Origin: a virus | Lineage: Duplodnaviria > Caudoviricetes | IMG/VR virus record: IMGVR_UViG_3300043036_000032 | Coordinates: 1 to 38,089 of that record | Length of the DNA stretch: 38,089 nt | Direction: 5' to 3' (one strand) | In this document: positions 15,022 to 23,500 of the stretch, piece by piece | How the letters are laid out: every line of letters begins with the position of its first letter | How positions within the stretch are numbered: the stretch's first letter is position 1 | Translations under genes and position numbers: made by a program | The notes under the pieces: model-generated | What the model was told of the DNA's origin: nothing | The model's database searches: none | Seen by the model: only the letters and a program-made list of their open reading frames with translations

Positions 15022-15292
15022 TTCTAAAAACGAGAAATGCGTTAAATTTCCTGCCTTATATATAGTAAGGGGTTTTAATAGGAAAAGCCCTGAGCAGTAA
15101 CGGTATGGCCTCTAGCGAGGCCCCTAGGCCGAGTACTAACTTACCCCTCAGTTCGCTGTGGCTCCTTCGGGCGCTAAGCCCGATCTGCCTAGTACTTTTA
15201 GTGGGGATAGGACTATCTACTGGTAGATAAAACCTTCCTCGCCTAGTATAAGATACGATCCGATTACGTCCGATTTCAAAAAATTTTTTTAA

Positions 15293-15365
15293 GGGTTACT
15301 GGCTCAACGGATAGAGCATCTGTCTACGACGCAGAAGGTTCCAAGTTCGAATCTTGGGTGGCCCA
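15293..15365 (+). tRNA. tRNA-Arg (anticodon ACG)
   Basis: Full cloverleaf: acceptor GGGTTAC/GTGGCCC, D arm GCTC/GAGC with A20, anticodon arm TCTGT-CTACGAC-GCAGA, T arm CCAAG-TTCGAAT-CTTGG. CCA is not encoded. Confidence 0.92.
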
Positions 15366-15381
15366 CTATAGAAGGAGTACG

Positions 15382-17241
15382 ATGGCTGATAACTCAGCAG
15401 ATATCGCCAAGCGTATTATCCTTGGCTGTGTAGCAGAGGGTATGACCATCGAGCAGGCTTGTGCCTCCGCTGGTAAATCCATTAAGACTTACGAGTACTA
15501 CCGACGTACCGATAAGGTCTTTACAGACAAGGTTGACCGAACACGCCTAGGTCTGAAAGACAAGAGCTTTATTGACTCCGATGTCCACGACATCACCTTT
15601 GCCGAGTTCCGCCAGAAGTTCCTGCACTCCCAGACATTTGCCCATCAGCAAAACCTGGTAGATATGATCGAGGGCCGTGAACCTGGGTGGCTACATCCTT
15701 CTATGAAGTATGAGCCAGGACTGGCTAGTAATAGAATTCTGATTAACATTCCGCCCAACCACGCCAAGTCAATTACGATCACGGTTGACTATGTAACGTG
15801 GCAGGTAGTACGCAACCCCAACTTTAGAGTTTTGATTGTTTCCCAGACCCAGCAGTTAGCTGCCGACTTTCTCTACGCCATCAAGCAACGCCTGACTCAT
15901 CCAATGTATGAAGCACTCCAACAGGCTTACGCAGCTGGCGTAGGGTTTAACTCTAAGTCAGCATCCTGGCAGGCAACCCGCGTCACCTTTGGTTCCGAGC
16001 TACGTGAGTCCAGTGAAAAGGACCCGAACATCGAGGCTATTGGTATCGGTGGTCAGATCTACGGTAAGCGTGCAGATATGATTATCGTAGACGACGCTGT
16101 TACCTTAAAGAACGCTAACGAGTTTGAGAAGCAGATCCGCTGGTTAACCCAGGACGTTCGATCACGTTTGAACCCTACGGGTAAACTTGTAGTTATCGGT
16201 ACCAGAGTTTCAGCTATGGACCTATACCGCGAGCTACGTAACGAAGACCGCTACCCTGGTGGACTGGTCCCGTGGAAGTACTTGGCTATGCCAGCGCTCT
16301 TAAAGACAGATGAGGACCCTGAGAAGTGGGAAACCCTCTGGCCTGCAAGTGATGCTCCTTTTGATGGTCAGATGGAATCTGACAAGAACGAAGACGGCCT
16401 CTACCCTAGATGGAATGGTCGCAACCTTTACAATGAACGCCAAGCTATGGATGCCAGCACCTGGGCTTTGGTGTATCAACAACAAGATATCTCAGATGAT
16501 GCCATCTTTGATCCAGTATGTGTGCGAGGTTCTATAGATGGTATGCGTAAAGCAGGTCGTTTGGTTCCTGGTAACCCAGGCCATCCGCGTGATGTTAATG
16601 GCTTTTCTTTTATTTGTGGTCTTGATCCCGCTATGGTTGGTGATACAGCCGTCGTTTGTTACGCTGTTGATAGGGCTACACATAAACGCTATATCGTTGA
16701 TGCTATTAAGATTACTAGGCCAACACCTGCTGCGATCCGTCAACTAATCTTTGACTGGACTTCCCTATACCAGCCTAGCGAGTGGATAGTAGAGAAGAAC
16801 GCTTTTCAATCTTTCTTAACGCAGGACGAAGGCATCCGCCAAAATCTTGCAAGCCGTGGCGTTCTATTACGTGAACACCATACTGGAACTAACAAGTGGG
16901 ACTCCGGATTCGGTGTAGCTTCTATGTCTACACTGTTTGGCACAAAGCAATTTGATGGTAAGCATCACCGCGACAATCTTATTCACTTACCTAGTGACCA
17001 GACTGAAAACGTCAAGGCGCTTATCGAGCAATTGATTACGTGGTCACCTACTACTAAGGGTAAGACCGATATGGTGATGGCTCTGTGGTTCTGTGAGATC
17101 AGAGCACGTGAGATGCTCAACCAAGGTATGCACAAGACCCACCATCTAAAAAATCCATTCCTGTCTCGTTACGAACAGGGCAAGCGAACAGTTATCAATA
17201 TAGATGAACTGCTTGCAGAAAAAGATCGTACGTTCATCTAA
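15382..17241 (+). CDS. terL: terminase large subunit with N-terminal HTH extension
   Basis: Walker A PPNHAKS, Walker B IIVDD, coupling motif IGT, nuclease GLDPA and DMVMA. Start refined to ATG 15382 after AAGGAG. Confidence 0.92.
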   Translation: MADNSADIAKRIILGCVAEGMTIEQACASAGKSIKTYEYYRRTDKVFTDKVDRTRLGLKDKSFIDSDVHDITFAEFRQKFLHSQTFAHQQNLVDMIEGREPGWLHPSMKYEPGLASNRILINIPPNHAKSITITVDYVTWQVVRNPNFRVLIVSQTQQLAADFLYAIKQRLTHPMYEALQQAYAAGVGFNSKSASWQATRVTFGSELRESSEKDPNIEAIGIGGQIYGKRADMIIVDDAVTLKNANEFEKQIRWLTQDVRSRLNPTGKLVVIGTRVSAMDLYRELRNEDRYPGGLVPWKYLAMPALLKTDEDPEKWETLWPASDAPFDGQMESDKNEDGLYPRWNGRNLYNERQAMDASTWALVYQQQDISDDAIFDPVCVRGSIDGMRKAGRLVPGNPGHPRDVNGFSFICGLDPAMVGDTAVVCYAVDRATHKRYIVDAIKITRPTPAAIRQLIFDWTSLYQPSEWIVEKNAFQSFLTQDEGIRQNLASRGVLLREHHTGTNKWDSGFGVASMSTLFGTKQFDGKHHRDNLIHLPSDQTENVKALIEQLITWSPTTKGKTDMVMALWFCEIRAREMLNQGMHKTHHLKNPFLSRYEQGKRTVINIDELLAEKDRTFI

Positions 17242-17250
17242 GGAGACAAA

Positions 17251-17496
17251 ATGAAGAAGAGCAAGTCAATGGACAAGATGCCAGCACGCAAGATGCCAGA
17301 AGGCGCTAAGTTTCCAGCTGCAAAAAAAGCAGCAGTAAAGAAGGCAGTAGTCAAGGCCGCAGCTAAGAAGCTAGTAGGACCTGCTGCAGTAGAAGCATTG
17401 CAGAAGCGTGTATCACCTGCTGGTGTTAAGAAGGCAGAGATGGATGCAAAGAAGGCCATCGCTAAGAAGTACCCAGGATTAACTAAAAAGAAGTAA
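17251..17496 (+). CDS. small Lys/Ala-rich basic protein
   Basis: AAGGAG RBS; PAAKKAAVKK histone-H1-like composition. Confidence 0.75.
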   Translation: MKKSKSMDKMPARKMPEGAKFPAAKKAAVKKAVVKAAAKKLVGPAAVEALQKRVSPAGVKKAEMDAKKAIAKKYPGLTKKK

Positions 17497-17505
17497 GGAT
17501 CTCTA

Positions 17506-17979
17506 ATGGCTCAATCAGGACAAGCAGCAAAAAGAAATTACGACAAGAGATCAAAAGATTCAGCAAAGACTGTGCTTAAAAAAAGCGCAAAGAATGCAGC
17601 CGTAGTCGCTATAAATCTTATTCCTACTGGTAAAGCAGCATCAACTGTAGGAAAGTTTGTTTCAAGAACAACTGCTAAGAAGATGGTTCCAGGCGAAAGT
17701 AAAGAAGTAGTACGTAAATTTACTCAAGGCAAGAATGCAAACATTGTTGAGCAAGCACCTAAGAAGTATAAAGAAGGTGCTAAGTCTCCAGTCAAAGGAA
17801 CTAAAGTAACTGTAATAAAAAAGACAAAAGGGCAGACCCCGTTGCAAGTTGCAACAGTTACTAAAGGCAGTGTTGCTAGAGGAAAAACAAAGCAAGCTGG
17901 AGCCTATGTAAAAGGCGCAGTAACTGGTGCATACGTTACCAACGAAGTAAATAAGGCAAAAGCCAAAAAGAAGAAGTAA
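17506..17979 (+). CDS. Lys-rich basic protein
   Basis: AAGGA RBS; located between terminase and portal. Confidence 0.7.
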   Translation: MAQSGQAAKRNYDKRSKDSAKTVLKKSAKNAAVVAINLIPTGKAASTVGKFVSRTTAKKMVPGESKEVVRKFTQGKNANIVEQAPKKYKEGAKSPVKGTKVTVIKKTKGQTPLQVATVTKGSVARGKTKQAGAYVKGAVTGAYVTNEVNKAKAKKKK

Positions 17980-17989
17980 GGACCCCACA

Positions 17990-19741
17990 TTGTTATCAGT
18001 CAAAGAAGTAGACGCTAAGCTCGCACGCTTACGTACTCGCTCATCAGCGCGAGATCAACGTATGCGTGATGTGCTCTCGGTGCGTCAGGGAGATATCTCT
18101 AAGGTATACCCAGCAATGTTTTCAGAGGAATACCCAAAGCCTCTGGTTGCAAACTTCATTGACGTAGCAGCACGTGACTTAGCAGAAGCGATGGCACCAC
18201 TGCCATCATTTAACTGCTCAGCAACTAATATGGTTTCAGACTCTGCACGCAAGGCAGCAGATACTAGAACTCGTATTGCAAACTTTTATGTAACAAACTC
18301 TGACCTACAACTGCAGATGTACACAGCAGCAGACTGGTATAACACCTACGGTCTTGGTATCGGTATGGTTGAGATGGACTTTGAGGACAACAACCCTCGT
18401 ATCCGTATGCTCAATCCATTCGGTACTTACCCAGAGTTAGATCGTTATGGTCGTGTGCTATCTGTTACTCAGGTCATCGTTACCGATGCAGAGACACTAG
18501 CAGCGCAGTACCCAGAGTATTACGATTTAATTCTAGGGCGAAACCAGTACGCTCTTTCTTCTCCTTATATCTCAATGGTCAAGTACCACGACAAAGATCA
18601 GGACCTGCTCTATATCCCAGAGCGTAAGAACTTAGTACTCTCCCGCACGCCTAACATCTTGAACAAGCCAATGGCATCTGTTGTAATGCGTTCTTCCCTT
18701 GATGGTGAAGCACGTGGACAGTTTGATGATGTTCTATCAGTTCAGCTAGCTCGTGCTCGCTTTGCAGTATTGCAGATCCAAGCAGCAGAGAAATCTATCC
18801 AAGCACCTATTGCTATCCCACAGGATGTGCAGGAGTTGGCACTTGGACCAGATTCAATTATGCGTTCTGCTAACCCACAAGGTATTCGTCGTGTTCCACT
18901 AGAACTACCACCTGGAGTCTTTACAGAGTCTGGCGTACTAGAGCGTGAACTACGTCTTGGTGCTCGTTACCCTGAGTCTCGTTCAGGTAACATTGACGCA
19001 TCAGTTGTAACAGGCCGTGGTGTGCAAGCACTACAGGCTGGCTTTGATACACAGATCAAGGCAGCACAAGCACAGTTTGCTCGTATGTTCCAAGAACTTA
19101 TCTCAGTTTGCTTTGAAGCAGATGAGAAAGTATTTGGTGGTATTCCAAAGACCATCAAGGGAACAGATGACGGAACACCTTACGTTCTAAAGTACACACC
19201 ATCTCGTGACATCAAGGGTGAGTACGGCGTAGATGTACGCTACGGAATTATGTCTGGTATGGACCCAAACCGTGCCATCATTGCTTTACTACAAATGCGT
19301 TCAGACAAGCTCGTATCTCGTGACTATGTACGTCGTGAGATTCCAATGGACTTAAATGTTACGCAGGAGGAACAACGTGTTGATATCGAAGAAATGCGCG
19401 ATTCTTTGCGGGTGGCTGTTGCTCAGTATGCTCAAGCCATTCCAGCCCTTGCAGCGCAAGGCCAAGACCCTAGTGAGATTATCTCACGTATCGCAAGTGT
19501 TATCCAAGGTCGCCAAAAGGGACAATCACTAGAGTCAGTAATCGAAAAAGCATTTACACCAGAACCGCCACCACCTGCGCCAGATATGGCGATGGCAGGT
19601 GGCCCACAGCTTCCAGCGGCAGGTGCGGCCCCCGCCCCAGCCTCAGCGCAACCTCCACAAGAACAAGGTGGTATGGCCCCTGCTGCTGGTCAAAAACCCG
19701 ATATAGCCCAATTACTCGCTGGTATCACCGGCGCAGCTTAA
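17990..19741 (+). CDS. portal protein
   Basis: 583 aa, helical, downstream of terL, with a Pro/Ala/Gln-rich C-terminal tail typical of podovirus-like portals. TTG start. Confidence 0.8.
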   Translation: MLSVKEVDAKLARLRTRSSARDQRMRDVLSVRQGDISKVYPAMFSEEYPKPLVANFIDVAARDLAEAMAPLPSFNCSATNMVSDSARKAADTRTRIANFYVTNSDLQLQMYTAADWYNTYGLGIGMVEMDFEDNNPRIRMLNPFGTYPELDRYGRVLSVTQVIVTDAETLAAQYPEYYDLILGRNQYALSSPYISMVKYHDKDQDLLYIPERKNLVLSRTPNILNKPMASVVMRSSLDGEARGQFDDVLSVQLARARFAVLQIQAAEKSIQAPIAIPQDVQELALGPDSIMRSANPQGIRRVPLELPPGVFTESGVLERELRLGARYPESRSGNIDASVVTGRGVQALQAGFDTQIKAAQAQFARMFQELISVCFEADEKVFGGIPKTIKGTDDGTPYVLKYTPSRDIKGEYGVDVRYGIMSGMDPNRAIIALLQMRSDKLVSRDYVRREIPMDLNVTQEEQRVDIEEMRDSLRVAVAQYAQAIPALAAQGQDPSEIISRIASVIQGRQKGQSLESVIEKAFTPEPPPPAPDMAMAGGPQLPAAGAAPAPASAQPPQEQGGMAPAAGQKPDIAQLLAGITGAA

Positions 19742-19758
19742 GCAGAGGAGGTGTAAAT

Positions 19759-19902
19759 ATGAACAAGGGATCTCGCGCAGCAGCGCCAATGTCAAAGCCA
19801 ACTGAAGGCAAGAAGGACACATCTAAGCCAGCAGGACCAGGCAAGGTAGTTCCATCAATGATGCCAGCAGGCCGTCGTGGCAATGCAGTAAAAAAGGGAT
19901 AA
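19759..19902 (+). CDS. small basic protein (47 aa)
   Basis: Hand-translated MNKGSRAAAPMSKP...; strong GAGGAGGT RBS. Confidence 0.7.
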   Translation: MNKGSRAAAPMSKPTEGKKDTSKPAGPGKVVPSMMPAGRRGNAVKKG

Positions 19903-19931
19903 TAACTTTTTAATGGAAGGTGTACTGGGCG

Positions 19932-20147
19932 ATGAAAGATGATAATTACATTCCTCGTCCAGTGCGCTTTCTTGATTTTCTTGTTGTAGGCGTAGGCTTT
20001 ATACACAACATTGCTTCATCAATTGAAACCTTAACAGGTGAACTGATGGAGTTAGCAATTTACCAATCAAATCATATTACTCAAACCAATAGGGCTTGGG
20101 AAGATATGGCAAACGATTTAGAAAAATTAGAGGAGGACCAACAGTGA
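19932..20147 (+). CDS. hypothetical protein
   Basis: Start refined to ATG 19932; GTGA overlap with the next gene. Confidence 0.6.
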   Translation: MKDDNYIPRPVRFLDFLVVGVGFIHNIASSIETLTGELMELAIYQSNHITQTNRAWEDMANDLEKLEEDQQ

Positions 20148-20548
20148 GTATGATGAATCCACTGGCAGGACCAGCAGGTCCAGGCAAGTTCTCTACACGT
20201 ACCGATAATCTACAAATGGGTTCTACTGCATACGGCGAAGGCGTCGAGACACAGGCTATTAAGTCTGGTGCTCCGCTATCTAAGACCGCAGATGTACGCC
20301 CTGCTCGCGCAGGAGATGTACGCGAAGCAGCAACACAGGCACCACTAACAGAATTATATGCACCATCACAACGTCCTAACGAACCTATTACAGCAGGTAT
20401 TGATATGGGTGCAGGTCCTGGCGCAAGCGCTTTAATGATGCAGAAGTCAGTTGCAAAGACTTCAGATACACTAGCAAAGATGTTGCCATTTGATACAGAC
20501 GGAACTATTGCCATCTTGTATCAGCAGGCAATTGCGCGAGGTGACTAA
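20144..20548 (+). CDS. probable virion protein
   Basis: GTG 20144 after GAGGAGG; GPGKFSTRTD and PSQRPNEPITAG motifs. Confidence 0.7.
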   Translation: MSMMNPLAGPAGPGKFSTRTDNLQMGSTAYGEGVETQAIKSGAPLSKTADVRPARAGDVREAATQAPLTELYAPSQRPNEPITAGIDMGAGPGASALMMQKSVAKTSDTLAKMLPFDTDGTIAILYQQAIARGD

Positions 20549-23500
20549 TTGGCTGATCTAAACGCAGCAGCTTCTGCTGCAGGTTTAACTCCTGCAGAAA
20601 AGAAGGCAATGCAAGATCTCAGCAAAACTCTTGCAACTCACCGTGAACTTTCTAACCTCCCACAAAATGTGGCACAACAAGCATTTGCATCTAAGACACC
20701 TGCTCAACAAGCAGCACTTGTTAAGACTGCAGGACAAGAAGATCCAGCAAAGAAAGCCAACCGTGGTTGGCTAGGAACTGCTTGGCACTACACACTTGGT
20801 GGTGCATTTGCACTAGCACAAGAAGCATCTGACCTTGCTACTCGCGTAGCACGTACTGGCCTTATTTCTATTGACCAAGGTGTATCACCATTTGGTAAAG
20901 GCAACGCTTGGGATATTGCAAGCGATAAAGGCGACAATGTATTTAGCCCAACCCGCATTGATACTGCAAAGCGTCAATACGGTGATGATCGCATTAACGT
21001 TGCTATGCGTGTCTCTAAAGGAGACAAGCTCAGCGATATTCTTGCAACTGGTACAGATGCTGAGAAGGCAATTGCTTCTGCGGTTCAGCAGAACAAAGAT
21101 ACTCTTTGGAACGATGCACTAGATACAGTTAGCGCTGCTAAGTATTCTCCAGGACGATTCATTGCAAATGCAGTTGACTCCCTCACACCTGGTGACTTAA
21201 TTAAGAATGGCTTTATGTACAAGGCCATCTCCGGTGCTGTTGATGCAGCCTACCGTGTATATGCAGATCCATTGCTTGGTCTTGGTAAGGCTAAGAAAAT
21301 GGTTGATATTAAAAACTATTCGCTAGCTGTAGTAGTCGGTTCTTTGGAAAAAGGAACTGGCAAGGTTGACGAGATCTTTGCACGACCACAGGTAATAAAC
21401 TTTTGGGATACTTACGGAGCACAGCTTACTAAGTACCGTGAAGCAAAAACAACTGCTGAAAGAGTTGCAGCTAAAAAGCAACTAGAAATCACAGCACCAG
21501 AATTTGGTGATGCAGTTATCAAGTCTTTTGTTAACATTGAGACTCCTATCAAGGATGCCAATACTGCTAAGGCGTTCTTTATGAACGCAGATCAAGTTAA
21601 AGAAATGATGCTTGGTCAGATTGGTCGCAAGCGTGTGATGATTCCACGCCTAGACCCACTACGTCAGGCTCGCATCAAGACAGTTACAACTGCTAATAAA
21701 ACATTTAACATTGACTTTATGGGTTCTAAGTTTGTTGACAACCTATTCTTTGGTGGAGCAGCAACTAATGACGGCATTAAAGAAACAGTTACCGAAAATC
21801 GTCAAGCTATCGTAGATGCTATTAAGCCCAACTATGATGCTAAGGGTATGGCTCGTTTTTCAACTGAACAGATCCAGTATCGCATTGACCGCTTTAAGGC
21901 TAAGTTTGAACTTATCCCTATCTTTGAAAACAACCAGTTAGATGTAACTGCAAAAGATGCAGCTAAAAAGGTTTATCAGTATGCACGCTTGGTTCTACCA
22001 CGCAACGATGCAAAGTTAATGGCTCAGGCATTTGATGATGCTGAGGTAGGACTTAAGAAGGAAATCTTCTACGGCCTACAATCAACCATTGCAGATATCC
22101 GTGGTCTGAATGTAACTAAAGAAGGTCAGCCAATTGCCCGTGCTTTGCAGGGTAAGGCAGATCCTAAGTTTGCAATGACTGAAATGAGAAATGGTGTTGA
22201 ATACAACCCAGCTAAGTTACCAGGAACAGATGAGCAAGTTGCTCTTATCCTTTCAGATACATCTGACTTTGTAACCACTCTTAGCGTTCGTGATATTGAC
22301 CGTGCATCTGCACGATCTGGTCTTATCCAACGTATGCTTGGTGTAGCGCACTCTGACTGGGTAGACAAGATGACAAGTATGTGGTCATTTGCAACTCTAG
22401 CCGGTCCACGTTATGCACTTCGTAACGCATCTGAAGACTTGATGGTCCACCTTGCAATTGGTGAGTCACCATTTGGTCTTGTTAAAGGTCGTATGCTTTC
22501 AACCCGACTAAATACTGCTAAGCAGATGGAAAAGGGTTTAACTAAGTTTGAGCAAGCTGCAGCAAATCCACTAGGTGGTGCGCTTCGCTTCATCAATAAG
22601 AAAGAAGCAAAGGCATACGGTGCTGCAATTCAAGCAGCAGATGGTGATGTAGCGCAGATCCGTGAGATTATGGCTAATGCTCTCAATGAGGGCAAGATGG
22701 CTCGCTTTTATGAAAAGGCTGGCCTAGGTAAGTTTAATGAATCAGATCGCGCAGCACTTGCTGCACAGATCAAGCACGGTGACTTAGACAATGCACTTAT
22801 GGACTTTGTTGAGGGCAGTAAAAATACATTTACTGGTGTTGATTCTTATACTCGTACATTAAACTTTGCACGTAAGAACAAGGTTCGTACAGAAGAACTT
22901 AAGTACAACCTTCCTAAAAACGTTCGTCGTGCTAAAGGTTCACGTGGTTTCACAGAGATGGCACCACTTGCTAGTATGGAATCTCAAGTAGCTTGGGCTA
23001 TGCGTATTGGCTACTATGCCAATGACAGACTAGGTGGCATTGCTGTTGCTAACCTTGATAAAGAAGAGATTGCAGTTGGCAAACTATTTGACTGGCTAAT
23101 GGATAAAGACAATGAAAAACTTGTTAAGGCTTTTCGCTTAGAAGAGCGCAATGTAAGCGCAGAAGAGCACGCTCAGCGTATTTATGATGCTGCAAAGCAG
23201 TTGTTTGTTAAGCAAGATGGCACAACAATCAACGTAGATCTACTTAATAAGATCCGTAAGTATGATGATGAGCTTGGTAGTTACAAGATTTCAGGTCAAA
23301 TTTCACTAGATGACCTACCAACTTCAGCAACAGATGCACCACAGTACATCCTTGGACCACAGTTAGTAGCTGTATCGGATACAGGTAACTACACAACATC
23401 ATTGATGGAGTGGGGTTGGGACTGGCTAGGTAACTCTAATGCTCGTTTCTCACGTGAGCCTATGGTTATCCAAGAGATAATCAAGATTCGTAAAGAATTC

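Noticed and set aside
15293-15365. tRNA as a prophage attachment site
   Set aside because: No integrase, no duplicated tRNA 3' end and no host genes in the window.
15358-15381. Track start of terL at GTG 15358
   Set aside because: It lies inside the tRNA acceptor stem; ATG 15382 has a proper AAGGAG.
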